Source: a virus
Lineage: Duplodnaviria; Heunggongvirae; Uroviricota; Caudoviricetes
DNA length: 43,597 nucleotides
IMG/VR virus record: IMGVR_UViG_2711768020_000006
Reading direction: 5' to 3' (one strand)
A program made the position numbers and the translations under genes. Of the stretch, positions 28,474 through 38,219 are shown in pieces (the stretch's first letter is position 1; each line of letters opens with the position of its first letter). The notes under the pieces are model-generated. The model was given only the letters and a program-made list of their open reading frames with translations, had not been told where the DNA came from and did no database searches.

Positions 28474-29581
28474 ACTGTATATCGGTGGCAGTATTTTTTC
28501 CGGCTGGCTGACGGTCAGCGTCCGTCGCTCGCTGGAGCATCTGGCCGGGTCGTTTGAACTGGGGCTGATGCTGCCCGGTGAGCGCATCCCCTCAGCCCTG
28601 CGAACCGGTCAGTCCCTGACGCTCAGAATTAACGGGCAGACGGTCATCAGTGGCTGGCTGGATCAGGTCAGTCAGCGGATCAGTGCAACCCGTCATCAGA
28701 TCAGCATCAGCGGTCGGGATAAAACCGGCGACCTGGTGGACTGTGCCGCCATCCATCCCGGCAGCCAGTGGCGCAACCGGACGCTGGCACAGATTGCCGC
28801 AGATTTATGTGCGCCCTTCGGGATAGCCGTGCGCTGGCAGGTTAACGACGACACGGCTGCACGCCCCTTCAGCTCTTTTACGCTGGAAAACTCAGAAACC
28901 GTGGCGGATGCGCTGACCCGTGCTGCCCGGCATCGCGGGGTGCTGGTGACCAGTAATGCTGACGGCGATCTGGTGTTCACCCAGGCAGGAAGCCAGCAGA
29001 CGGACAGACTGGTGCTGGGAGATAACCTGCTTGATGCCGATTACAACACGGACTGGCGAGGACGATACAGCGAATACCGTGTCCGGGGACACGGGCGCGG
29101 TGGTGGCAAACGGGGAGACAGCGAATCCGCCGCCCGTCTGGCAGCACCTGTGGGCGTCATCAGTGATGAGCAGATCGGCCGCTACCGGTCGAAAATCATC
29201 CTCGCCGATCAACAGACAGACACCACCGGTGCACGGCAGCGTGCCCTGCGTGAAATGCGCCGTGCGATTGCCCGTTCAGAACGGTTTTCTGCCACCGTGC
29301 GTGGCTGGTTCCGGGATGATGGCCGGTTATGGGATGTCAATCTGCTGACCGGTGTTTCAGCCCTGCGTTTCGGTATAGAACAGACTGAACTGCTGGTCTG
29401 TCAGGTGGAGTTTTTACTTGATGAACATAACGGGGAAGTCACCCGGCTGGTACTGGCACCGCGTGACGGCTTTATCGTTCCGGCAGAGCCGGACAGTAAG
29501 GGCCGGGGTGGTTCCGGTGACGATGTTGATGCCTTTATTCGCCAGCAGATGAAAAAACAGGGGATCAGCTTTGATGAATGA
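28457..29581 (+). CDS. Baseplate hub-type tail protein (Mu Q-like)
   Basis: Synteny. Confidence 0.55.
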   Translation: MSSRIELYIGGSIFSGWLTVSVRRSLEHLAGSFELGLMLPGERIPSALRTGQSLTLRINGQTVISGWLDQVSQRISATRHQISISGRDKTGDLVDCAAIHPGSQWRNRTLAQIAADLCAPFGIAVRWQVNDDTAARPFSSFTLENSETVADALTRAARHRGVLVTSNADGDLVFTQAGSQQTDRLVLGDNLLDADYNTDWRGRYSEYRVRGHGRGGGKRGDSESAARLAAPVGVISDEQIGRYRSKIILADQQTDTTGARQRALREMRRAIARSERFSATVRGWFRDDGRLWDVNLLTGVSALRFGIEQTELLVCQVEFLLDEHNGEVTRLVLAPRDGFIVPAEPDSKGRGGSGDDVDAFIRQQMKKQGISFDE

Positions 29582-30185
29582 TGAAGTGTTCAGCCGCCTG
29601 ATTGCCCCGGTAACGCGCGGTATTCGCCTGTTGTTTGGCCGGGGCGTTCTGACCGGCACACATGACGAACTGAAAATGCAGAATGTGCAGCTCACCGGCA
29701 TGGACGGCGAAACCTTTGATGATGTGGAGCGTCCCCAGCAGTACGGGCAGATCAGCGTTCCCCTGCCGGGTGCGGAAACCTTTTTTGCCTGTCTGGGCGG
29801 ACAGCGGGATCAGACTGTGGTGCTTGTGGTGGAAGACCGGCGCAGCCGCCCGACCGGACTCACAGCCGGAGATACGGGGGTGTATCACCATGAGGGGCAC
29901 CGGATACGGTTAACAAAGGATGGTCGCATTATTGTGACATGCAAAATGCTGGAGATTTACGCCGATGAGGGGATGCGGGTGGATACGCCGGAGGCCACCT
30001 TTACGGGCAATGTGACGGTGGATAAAAACCTGCATGTTAAGGGTAATTTCGTGCTTGATGGTACAGGTAAATCAGACGGGCTGTTCACGATGTCTGATGC
30101 CGTTATTGCCGGGATCACCTATTCCGGCCATGTGCATCAGGATAACGGCAAAGGCAGTAAGACAGGAGCGCCGGAGAATGGCTGA
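29571..30185 (+). CDS. Baseplate spike/assembly protein (Mu V-like)
   Basis: Synteny and size. Confidence 0.55.
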   Translation: MMNDEVFSRLIAPVTRGIRLLFGRGVLTGTHDELKMQNVQLTGMDGETFDDVERPQQYGQISVPLPGAETFFACLGGQRDQTVVLVVEDRRSRPTGLTAGDTGVYHHEGHRIRLTKDGRIIVTCKMLEIYADEGMRVDTPEATFTGNVTVDKNLHVKGNFVLDGTGKSDGLFTMSDAVIAGITYSGHVHQDNGKGSKTGAPENG

Positions 30186-30615
30186 TATTGCAATTGTATG
30201 GGATCAGGGGTGCGGTTCGCTGCAACTGAACGGTGCCGACTTGCTGACGGATGACAGTCTGCTGACGGCCGTTCTGATTTCGCTGTTTACTGACCGCCGG
30301 GCGCTGGCATCGGATGAAATCCCTGACGGTACGCGCGACCGCCGGGGATGGTGGGGAGACAGTTTTCGCCCGCGCCCCATTGGCTCCCGTCTGTGGCTTC
30401 TCAGCCGGGAAAAAACGCTGGCCTCGGTGATAAGCCGTGCCCGTGCTTACGCGGATGAGGCGCTGGGCTGGCTCAGTCAGGATGGCGTGGCGTCATCCGT
30501 GGTCTGTCATGCAGAACGTGTGGGACACGCGCGGCTGGCGCTTTCGGTGCGCATAACCCTGCCTGATGGTTCAGTGAGGCCCATGATTTTTTATGCTGAT
30601 CTTAAGGGGGAGTAA
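30178..30615 (+). CDS. Baseplate protein (Mu W/gp46-like)
   Basis: ATG at 30178 with GGAG Shine-Dalgarno (tracker ORF 30034-30615 trimmed); synteny. Confidence 0.55.
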   Translation: MADIAIVWDQGCGSLQLNGADLLTDDSLLTAVLISLFTDRRALASDEIPDGTRDRRGWWGDSFRPRPIGSRLWLLSREKTLASVISRARAYADEALGWLSQDGVASSVVCHAERVGHARLALSVRITLPDGSVRPMIFYADLKGE

Positions 30616-31697
30616 TGCCTTATCAGCCTTTACCGCTGGCACAGTTAATCACGCAGACACAGCAGGATATCAGCCAGCGCCTGCCCGGCTCGCAGCCGGG
30701 TGTGAATGAAACCACCCTGAATGCCATTGCTTACGCTCAGGCAGGGTTATCTGCTCAGGAGCATGAGCATCTGGCCTGGATTGCGCGTCAGATCATCCCG
30801 ACCGAAGCCGATGAAGCCGAACTGCTGAAACACTGTGCATTCTGGGGCGTCATGCGTAAGCCTGCCTCTCGGGGGGACGGGCCGGTTCAGCTGATGCTGA
30901 CCACGGATGCGGGGATCAAGGAAGGTGTGCTTCTCCAGCGAAGTGATGGCGTGGTTTACCGTATCACCACCTCCCTGACCGGTAAGGCCGGTACGCTGAA
31001 TGTCAGTGTGGAAGCCGAAAGTGCCGGTCGTGCGGGGAATGCCCCGGCAGGGACAAAACTGACATTTATCACACCGCAGGCGGGGATCAACCAGACGGCC
31101 ACGGTGACCGGAACGGGGATCACCGGTGGTGCGGATGTGGAAACCGTGCCGGAGCTGCTTTCCCGTCTGGTTTTCCGGGTGCAGAATCCACCGTCCGGCG
31201 GCACGCAGTATGATTTTGAACGCTGGGCGCGTGAAGTGCCGGGCGTGACGCGGGCATGGTGCCGCCCGGAATGGCCGCAGGCGGGCAGCGTGGGGGTAAC
31301 GTTTGTTCAGGATAATAACCCGGATATTTTCCCCGGTGACGGTGATGTTCAGCGGGTGGCGGATTATATCCGCAGTCATGATGATCCGGCGACCGGCCAG
31401 CCTGTCGGACAGCCTCTGGGGCCGACGGTGACCGTGTTTAAACTGACCAATAAGCCGGTGCCCTTCAGCATCAGGATCATCCCGAAAACACCGGAGAATC
31501 AGGCGGCCGTAAAACAGGCGCTGACCGACCTGTTGTATAACGAATCCCGGCCCGGCGGTCTGGTTCTGCCGTCGTCTTTCTGGCGGGCGGTGGCAGGGGT
31601 GAAAAATCTGGAGGATTTTGAAGTGCGCAGTCCGCTGACGTCAGTTCAGGCGGGAGACAGTGAGCTGCTGACGGTAGGAGAAATCACATGGCTGTAA
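30615..31697 (+). CDS. Baseplate J-like protein (Mu gp47-like)
   Basis: 360 aa; synteny. Confidence 0.6.
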   Translation: MPYQPLPLAQLITQTQQDISQRLPGSQPGVNETTLNAIAYAQAGLSAQEHEHLAWIARQIIPTEADEAELLKHCAFWGVMRKPASRGDGPVQLMLTTDAGIKEGVLLQRSDGVVYRITTSLTGKAGTLNVSVEAESAGRAGNAPAGTKLTFITPQAGINQTATVTGTGITGGADVETVPELLSRLVFRVQNPPSGGTQYDFERWAREVPGVTRAWCRPEWPQAGSVGVTFVQDNNPDIFPGDGDVQRVADYIRSHDDPATGQPVGQPLGPTVTVFKLTNKPVPFSIRIIPKTPENQAAVKQALTDLLYNESRPGGLVLPSSFWRAVAGVKNLEDFEVRSPLTSVQAGDSELLTVGEITWL

Positions 31698-32248
31698 CCC
31701 TGACCCCGCATCAGCGCGCCCTGTTGCAGTTACTGCCTGACGGGCTGGCATGGGACAAGCGTCCGTCATCCGTACTGGCATCATTATGTCTGGGCCTCAG
31801 TCATTCGACAGCGCGTGTATCCTGGACGGGTAAACAGCTGCTTGCCGAGCGTTTCCCTGACACGTCGCGCCTGCTGCTGGAAGACTGGGAGCGTTATCTC
31901 GGGCTTCCCGAGTGTGATATGGCCGGAGCCACCCTCACGGAGCGACAGCGTTATGCCGGAAATAAATACCGGATGAAGCCCTCGCTGAACCGTGAATTTT
32001 ATATCCGGTTTGCGGCGGAGTTTGGTTATCAGATTGACATTCAGCCCTCACCGGATTCGCAGTGGGTCAGTATTGTCACGATTAACAGTGAAACCGGCTA
32101 CCGGAATATGAATGTGCTGGATGATATTCTCACGCCGCTGCGTATTTATGAAGGCGGTGCGCTGGAATGTATTCTGAACCGTTATAAGCCTGCATGGCAG
32201 ACGTTTATTTACGTTTATGCAAACAGCCATGAAGAGGAGACTATTTAA
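31688..32248 (+). CDS. Tail protein (Mu gp48-like)
   Basis: Synteny immediately upstream of the tail fibre gene. Confidence 0.55.
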   Translation: MAVTLTPHQRALLQLLPDGLAWDKRPSSVLASLCLGLSHSTARVSWTGKQLLAERFPDTSRLLLEDWERYLGLPECDMAGATLTERQRYAGNKYRMKPSLNREFYIRFAAEFGYQIDIQPSPDSQWVSIVTINSETGYRNMNVLDDILTPLRIYEGGALECILNRYKPAWQTFIYVYANSHEEETI

Positions 32249-33129
32249 TGTTTCATGTTGATAATAATTCCGGCGTGGCGAATATGCCTGCGCTGGCACC
32301 GGCGCAGAGTAATACCACCACCTGGTTTACCGAAGGTGACGGACAAAAAGGTATCAGCTGGATTGGTCAGGACTGGCTGAATATTCTCCAGGCCGAACTG
32401 CTGAATATTCTGGCTGAAGCCAGTATTCAGCCGGATAAGGCGCAGTTAAACCAGCTTACGCTGTCCATTAAAGCCATTATCGCTGCGAATGCCTTTTCCC
32501 GGAAAAATAACCTGAAAGAAATTGCTGATGCCGGTGCGGAGGCCCAGCGTCTGGCCCGTGGTTATCTTGGTCTGGGGACGCTTGCCACAAAAAACAGTCT
32601 TGGTCCCGCTGACGTTAATGCCCTGGCGAAGGATCAGAATCTCGCCGACCTGGAGAATAAGGGAACCGCCCGTAATAATCTGGATGTTTACAGCAAAAGC
32701 GAAGGTGATAACCGTTACCTGCGCAGGGAGCAGAACGGCGCAGACATTCCGGATAAAGGGGCTTTTATCGATAACGTCGGTTTACGGGAAACGGTAAACA
32801 GGGCGGCGAATGCCCTGCCATCGGACGGCACCGCCGTTGCCGCGAACAGGCTGGCAAATGCCCACACAATTAATGGTGTTCCCTTTGACGGGACGCAGGA
32901 TATCACTATCTCATCAGGAACAGTAACCGCCATAAGACTGGGGTCGGTGACCGCACATATGCCCGGAACATGGGAAAGCTGGGATCTGAATCTGGGGGGC
33001 GGCAATGTTCTTACCGGAATTAAAGTACAGGATGTCGGTAAGAATACGGCAGATAACGTCGGCGGCGTGTATTACCGGCCGTTGCAGTATCTGTTAAATG
33101 GAGCATGGGTGACGGCTGCAAGTATATAA
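32248..33129 (+). CDS. Tail fibre protein (Mu S-like); C-terminal ~117 aa lie inside the invertible segment
   Basis: Position before the tail-fibre assembly gene and invertase; the crossover site lies within the ORF at 32765-32790. Confidence 0.7.
   Translation: MFHVDNNSGVANMPALAPAQSNTTTWFTEGDGQKGISWIGQDWLNILQAELLNILAEASIQPDKAQLNQLTLSIKAIIAANAFSRKNNLKEIADAGAEAQRLARGYLGLGTLATKNSLGPADVNALAKDQNLADLENKGTARNNLDVYSKSEGDNRYLRREQNGADIPDKGAFIDNVGLRETVNRAANALPSDGTAVAANRLANAHTINGVPFDGTQDITISSGTVTAIRLGSVTAHMPGTWESWDLNLGGGNVLTGIKVQDVGKNTADNVGGVYYRPLQYLLNGAWVTAASI
32765..32790. promoter_or_regulatory. Left recombination site (gix-like, 26 bp) of the invertible segment
   Basis: TTATCGATAACGTCGGTTTACGGGAA; its reverse complement shares the half-site TTCCCGTAAACC and central GA with the right site. 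Confidence 0.65.
32778..32905. repeat. Left inverted repeat of the invertible segment (~120 bp, imperfect) paired with 33965-34094
   Basis: Reverse complement of 33965-34094 aligns, with a short divergent internal stretch. Confidence 0.75.
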
Positions 33130-33137
33130 TGATATTC

Positions 33138-33162
33138 AGAAGGCCTTCCGGCCTTCTTTATT
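33138..33162. terminator. Bidirectional terminator-like hairpin (GAAGGCC-ttcc-GGCCTTC) between the convergent tail fibre and assembly genes
   Basis: Hairpin followed by a T-run on the plus strand. Confidence 0.5.
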
Positions 33163-33682
33163 ACTGTGGCTGCTCAGGCCATTTAATGGCGTTAAATTCA
33201 GCTTCTGTTTTAATGGCGGGTAGTTCCATTTTCTTCACCTGACTGATGTATGCCATCCATTGGGTAAGTGCTGCTCTGTCTTCATCGCTGATGGTGCCCA
33301 GTTGTAGCTCCGTTCTCCAGTCATTAATTTTTTCATATGCCTGATTAAGATATGACTGGCGCATTGCTTCCAGTTTTCTTGCGTAGTTAACCGGAATACG
33401 GGAGATTATGCCATTATCAAACTTCCAGTTTCCTGAAATATCCGTGCCTTCAGGGAGTTCATCGACCTCAACCACAGAAAACCCCGCAGGATACAGCGCC
33501 GAGGCGTCCTGTGATATTGAGCAGATAACGCCGCTGTCAGGTGTTATGCAAAGTTTATATTTTTTGGTGAATAATGGCAGGGATTCGTAGAAATCCTTAC
33601 CATCTTCACTCTGGAAATACTGAACATTATTACCATATGGCATATTTTCAGGATAATAACGGGTTATATTTTTTAGTTCCAT
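33161..33682 (-). CDS. Tail fibre assembly protein (Mu U/U'-type)
   Basis: 173 aa; C-terminal region GTISDEDRAALTQWMAYISQV typical of tail-fibre assembly chaperones. Confidence 0.75.
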   Translation of the reverse strand: MELKNITRYYPENMPYGNNVQYFQSEDGKDFYESLPLFTKKYKLCITPDSGVICSISQDASALYPAGFSVVEVDELPEGTDISGNWKFDNGIISRIPVNYARKLEAMRQSYLNQAYEKINDWRTELQLGTISDEDRAALTQWMAYISQVKKMELPAIKTEAEFNAIKWPEQPQ

Positions 33683-33733
33683 AAAATCCTCCTGGAAATA
33701 AATCTGTTTTAAAATATATTATTTACTGACTAT

Positions 33734-34094
33734 TTATAACTGAGATACCGTAATCCATGTACCTCCGACTAATTTTTGCAGGGGTCTGAATGCTATAAAA
33801 TCGTTTGAAGCATCAACTTTACTGTCAATCTGCAGGCCTGCCATAACATTACCGTACGCAGAGTAATATGCCCCACCGTACATTACCTGCCTGTTCTCTG
33901 CTCCCAGCCTGATATCCTGGATATATCGGGAATCCGCATCCTGCTGTGTTATACCAGAAGTGATGTTTATGTCCTGCGTCCCGTCAAAGGGAACCCCATT
34001 AATATTTCTTGGGGTGGCGAGTCTATTCGCGGCAACGGCGGTGCCGTCCGATGGCAGAGCATTCGCCGCCCTGTTTACCGTTTCCCGTAAACCG
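33734..34094 (-). CDS. Alternative tail-fibre C-terminal cassette (S'v-like), promoterless in this orientation
   Basis: Reverse-strand translation from the right inverted repeat continues the tail-fibre frame for ~119 codons to a TAA at 33734-33736 (complement). Confidence 0.6.
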
Positions 34095-34107
34095 AGGTTT
34101 TCAGGAA
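34082..34107. promoter_or_regulatory. Right recombination site (gix-like, 26 bp)
   Basis: TTCCCGTAAACCGAGGTTTTCAGGAA, close to the Mu gix sequence as I recall it. Confidence 0.65.
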
Positions 34108-34172
34108 AGCCAGGATTAACTCTGTTTTATTCCTCATGCGACAATTCCGGCTTTTTATAATAAGGAAATCGT

Positions 34173-34745
34173 ATGCTGATTGGGTATATCAGGGTGTCAA
34201 CAAATGACCAGAATACGGCGCTACAAAGAAATGCGCTGGAATGTGCAGGATGTGAGCTGTTTTTCGAAGACAGAATAAGCGGTAAGACAAGGGAGCGTCC
34301 CGGACTTAAACGCGCATTAAAGCGACTCCGGCCAGGGGATACCCTGCTGGTCTGGAAACTGGATCGCCTTGGACGCAGTATGCAGCACCTTGTCCTTTTA
34401 ACAGAAGAACTCCGGCAACGCGGCGTTAACTTCCGCAGCATTACGGACAATATTGATACATCCACTCCCATGGGACGTTTCTTTTTCCATATAATGGGCG
34501 CGCTGGCGGAAATGGAGCGGGAACTCATTATTGAACGTACACGCGCGGGTCTTGCTGCTGCCCGTGCTCAGGGGCGTCATGGCGGCAGACCTCAGAAACT
34601 GACAGAGAAAGAGCGGGAGCAAATCGCCCGTTTGCTGGCTAATGGCGAGTCCCGTAAACAAATCGCACTGATATTTGATATTGGCCTTTCCACCCTTTAT
34701 CGTTATTTTCCTGCCTCACCAGCTCCGTCACCAAAAGTACCGTGA
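34173..34745 (+). CDS. gin: Serine recombinase, Gin/Pin/Hin-family DNA invertase
   Basis: 190 aa; N-terminal MLIGYIRVSTNDQ with the catalytic Ser motif; C-terminal HTH; adjacent to the inverted-repeat-bounded segment. Confidence 0.9.
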   Translation: MLIGYIRVSTNDQNTALQRNALECAGCELFFEDRISGKTRERPGLKRALKRLRPGDTLLVWKLDRLGRSMQHLVLLTEELRQRGVNFRSITDNIDTSTPMGRFFFHIMGALAEMERELIIERTRAGLAAARAQGRHGGRPQKLTEKEREQIARLLANGESRKQIALIFDIGLSTLYRYFPASPAPSPKVP

Positions 34746-34830
34746 CGCTTTTTTGAATTTCCGCAAAACACATATTTTTCAGCGGTCGCTATTCTGACTC
34801 TGTTTAATTCAGAAACAGGCAGAAAAGACG

Positions 34831-36885
34831 ATGTCAGACTCCAAGTGGAAAATGCTCTCCGCCATGCCCGGAGAGTTTTCAGTCAAGGTTGCCGGTGGCA
34901 CGGTGGCATTTATTGAAAGCCCTTTCCGCCCTTCGGGTAATAAAGGGGGGATCACCTTCGCAGACTGCGTGATCCGCTTCAGCACGAAAGAGCCATTATG
35001 GGTAATGCCGGTATCCGGTAATCCCAGTGCAGAAATCACCAGTTCAGGCGTGACTGGCATCATTCCAATCACATCTGACGTGGCCGGAACGCTCACGCCC
35101 TCCGACTGGAATGCACCGGATAACGCCGGGCCTTCCGGTAGCACGAATGGCAGCAGTTCAGAGCCGGAATATTACTTTGTTGTCATTCTCGCGGGTCAGT
35201 CAAATGGCATGGCCTACGGCGAGGGGCTGCCGTTACCGGATTCGTTTGACCGCCCGGACCCACGCATTAAGCAACTGGCACGCCGCAGTACGGTAACGCC
35301 CAACGGTACGTCGTGTACATACAACGACATCATTCCGGCAGACCACTGCCTGCATGATGTTCAGGATATGAGCGGGATAAACCACCCGAAAGCTGATCTG
35401 GCAAAAGGCCAGTACGGGACTGTCGGTCAGGGGTTGCATATTGCCAAAAAACTGCTTCCCTATATCCCACAGAATGCCGGGATACTTCTGGTGCCCTGTT
35501 GTCGTGGCGGGTCAGCATTCACCACTGGAGCCGACGGCTCATTCAGTGAGGCCAGCGGTGCTTCCGCTGATTCTTCACGCTGGGGGGCCGGTAAACCTCT
35601 GTATCAGGACCTGGTAAGCCGCACCAAAGTCGCGCTGGCGAAAAACCCGAAAAACAAACTTCTGGCTGTGGTCTGGATGCAGGGAGAGGCAGACCTTGCC
35701 TCAGGAAGCCAGCAGCATAATAGTTTATTCACGGCCATGGTTCAGCAGTTCAGAACTGACCTGGCTCCGCTTGCTGCGCAGTGCGTGAGTGGAAATGCCA
35801 CCACGGTGCCGTGGATTTGCGGTGATACCACGTATTACTGGAAAAACGCTGGCACCGATAAATATGAGGCAGTATACGGTGGCTACAAAGGCAAGGAAGC
35901 ACAGAAAATTTTCTTTGTACCGTTCCTGACGGATGAGAATGGACAGAGCACGCCAACGAATGCTCCGGCGGAAGACCCGGATATTGTGGCTGTCGGGTAT
36001 TACGGTGCAGCATCCCGAACCCAGGGCAGTTTTGTTTCGACACAGCGTGACAGCCATTTCAGCTCATGGGCACGCAGGGGCGTCATTTCAGACCGTCTGG
36101 CCTCAGCTATTATGCTCCATGCAGGGCGCACGGCTGAACTGATGCGTGGGCAGACCGTGACACCACCGGATGAGAAGCCGTCACCTGATACACCATCAAA
36201 ACCGTCCACGCCACCCGCAGACACCACGACGATGAGTACGCTATTTGCTTACCGGGCATCTGAGTCTGAAGGACGGTTGACACCACAGGGTTGGGCTGCC
36301 GGAGGTGGCAAGGCTCAAATCGTGGATGATGCCGGAGCCAGCGGGGGTAAGGCAATGAAACTGACCAAGGAAACAGGAAGAGCCCCCTGGTACCTTGAGC
36401 ATGATGCTGGTAATGGTGCGGACCTGCTGGGTAAAGGTGGTCTTGTCAGTTGTCGTTTTAAACTCGATGGCGCGCTTACGGCTAATCAGTACGCACTGGC
36501 GCTGTACTGGCCGGTTTCTGCCCTGCCGCAAGGGGTTACTCTGGAAGGAAATGCCGGTCATAACCTGCTGGCATCGTTCTACGTACAGAGCGATGCCACA
36601 GACCTTAACGTGATGTATCACAAAGGAAACACGGCGCAGAACACGAAGCTGGGGTCATTCGGCGCATTTAATAACGAATGGCATACGCTGGGCTTCCGTT
36701 TTGCCGGTAACAACAGTATTGAGGTGACGCCGGTCATTGATGGTAAGGACGGGACACCATTCATGCTGTCGCAGTCTCCGGTCGGCACGTTTACGGCAGA
36801 CAAGTTGCGCGTGACCGATATCACTAAAAATGCGACTTACCCGGTACTGATTGACAGTATCGTGGTGGAAGTGAATAACGCGTAA
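34831..36885 (+). CDS. Cargo protein: SASA/SGNH-type carbohydrate esterase domain plus a C-terminal beta-sandwich (lectin/LamG-like) domain
   Basis: 684 aa; GQSNG motif (ILAGQSNGMAYG) and VVWMQGEADL motif; Pro/Ser/Thr-rich linker; no obvious signal peptide. Confidence 0.55.
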   Translation: MSDSKWKMLSAMPGEFSVKVAGGTVAFIESPFRPSGNKGGITFADCVIRFSTKEPLWVMPVSGNPSAEITSSGVTGIIPITSDVAGTLTPSDWNAPDNAGPSGSTNGSSSEPEYYFVVILAGQSNGMAYGEGLPLPDSFDRPDPRIKQLARRSTVTPNGTSCTYNDIIPADHCLHDVQDMSGINHPKADLAKGQYGTVGQGLHIAKKLLPYIPQNAGILLVPCCRGGSAFTTGADGSFSEASGASADSSRWGAGKPLYQDLVSRTKVALAKNPKNKLLAVVWMQGEADLASGSQQHNSLFTAMVQQFRTDLAPLAAQCVSGNATTVPWICGDTTYYWKNAGTDKYEAVYGGYKGKEAQKIFFVPFLTDENGQSTPTNAPAEDPDIVAVGYYGAASRTQGSFVSTQRDSHFSSWARRGVISDRLASAIMLHAGRTAELMRGQTVTPPDEKPSPDTPSKPSTPPADTTTMSTLFAYRASESEGRLTPQGWAAGGGKAQIVDDAGASGGKAMKLTKETGRAPWYLEHDAGNGADLLGKGGLVSCRFKLDGALTANQYALALYWPVSALPQGVTLEGNAGHNLLASFYVQSDATDLNVMYHKGNTAQNTKLGSFGAFNNEWHTLGFRFAGNNSIEVTPVIDGKDGTPFMLSQSPVGTFTADKLRVTDITKNATYPVLIDSIVVEVNNA

Positions 36886-37029
36886 GCAGGATAAAAAAAT
36901 GCCGCCGGTAAGGGAAAACAAGAAACCGGCGGCAAAAAGATCGTTATATCCAAAGCAAAAAATGCAGTGCACCTTTTTACCTAACAGATATTACCGGTGT
37001 CAACACCATGTCAATAATTGGGAGGGATA

Positions 37030-37212
37030 ATGACATTTTTACAGCTTATTTTATTGTATTTCTGCACGGCAGTATGTGCGTTATATCTGGTGAGTGGTGG
37101 TTATAAGGCCATCAGAAATTATGTTCGCCGCAAAATTGAGGACGCAGCAGCTGAAAAACTCAGTAAAACAGCGCAGGTAACTCCGCTCCCAAAAGACCCG
37201 ACCCAGCCCTGA
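37030..37212 (+). CDS. Small membrane protein (one N-terminal transmembrane helix, basic tail)
   Basis: 60 aa; GGAGG Shine-Dalgarno; tracker start at 37018 (TTG) trimmed. Confidence 0.4.
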   Translation: MTFLQLILLYFCTAVCALYLVSGGYKAIRNYVRRKIEDAAAEKLSKTAQVTPLPKDPTQP

Positions 37213-37247
37213 TTGCAGGGCTTTATTCCCGCATAAGGAGGATATAC

Positions 37248-37502
37248 ATGCCAGAAATTAAAGGCACCGTCACTGAAGACCTGGTAAAACAGGCACTGTA
37301 TTCCGGTGAAGTAAATAAGTTGCTGAAAGCGCAGGTCCGCAAGGATTTTGAGGCACAAATCGACACTTACGTTGATGAAGTGCTGGCAAAACTTATTGGG
37401 CCAGCAGTTGCGGCCAGTGATGCTGATAATGAGCCGAAAACCGACGCGCAGCCAGAGCAACCAGACCCGGCTCAGCCCGGAACTGACAGTACCATGATGT
37501 AA
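37248..37502 (+). CDS. Small helical protein with an acidic Pro-rich C-terminal tail
   Basis: 84 aa with a strong AAGGAGG Shine-Dalgarno; preceded by a hairpin plus T-run (37205-37229). Confidence 0.45.
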   Translation: MPEIKGTVTEDLVKQALYSGEVNKLLKAQVRKDFEAQIDTYVDEVLAKLIGPAVAASDADNEPKTDAQPEQPDPAQPGTDSTMM

Positions 37503-37669
37503 CAATACAAACCGGTGGTGTCCTCTGCCGGTTTGACACTAATGAAAACATCTTTGCCGCTATCCAGCCATATGTAATCGCTGGATAGTATTTCGTATTC
37601 AGAAATATAGCTGCTTATGGAGCAGTCAATCCTGCTTCCCCATCCGGGCAGGCAAATGAACCGGTATCA

Positions 37670-37963
37670 TTAGTCCGATTCACGCTTTTGTAGAATCGTT
37701 CCCAGAATGCTATACAGCTCATTAGCCTGTTGCTCCATCATTGAGACGGAGGCTATACGGTGCAAAGTGATTTCAGGAGGTGGCACACCTCCATCTTCTT
37801 GCTGTGGAGGAAAAACATAAGATTTAATAAAAAAGTTGAAGCATATGAACTCTCCCGCACTCGAACTGTATTTGCAGGCATCTGAATAATCGGAAAAATA
37901 ATCATTATAGATTTCCGCATTTTCAATCATTTTTCGATTTCTCGTCGTTACATGATTGTCCAT
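37670..37963 (-). CDS. Hypothetical protein, AT-rich, divergent from com-mom
   Basis: 97-aa ORF with AGAGG Shine-Dalgarno; visibly lower GC than the surrounding phage DNA. Confidence 0.45.
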   Translation of the reverse strand: MDNHVTTRNRKMIENAEIYNDYFSDYSDACKYSSSAGEFICFNFFIKSYVFPPQQEDGGVPPPEITLHRIASVSMMEQQANELYSILGTILQKRESD

Positions 37964-38148
37964 AGCAGCCTCTTACGCTGGCAATTAACCAATTGACTTC
38001 TATAAATTAGTTGATTTGTTTGCTTTGCGGTATTCAAATGTACAATCATTCAGCACTTATGCGTTACAGCACCGTTTAAAATTAGTGATCAAACTCATAA
38101 ATTTTCGCTAATGACATTTCGTGTTATTTGTTGTATCAATTAAATAAA

Positions 38149-38175
38149 TCAAATCGATCGTTTTTGTCGATCGAT
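38149..38175. promoter_or_regulatory. GATC-containing inverted repeat (AATCGATCG-n7-CGATCGATT) upstream of com-mom; candidate methylation-sensitive regulatory site
   Basis: Palindrome and two GATC sites seen directly. Confidence 0.4.
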
Positions 38176-38219
38176 TGAGTGATAAAGATATCAACAACAA
38201 AGCAGGAGGTTATGCGGCC

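Noticed and set aside
36896-36940. Hairpin GCCGCCGGT...ACCGGCGGC after the esterase gene as a plus-strand terminator
   Set aside because: The U-tract is on the opposite strand (the hairpin is followed by A-rich sequence on plus), so it does not look like a canonical terminator for the esterase gene; function unclear.
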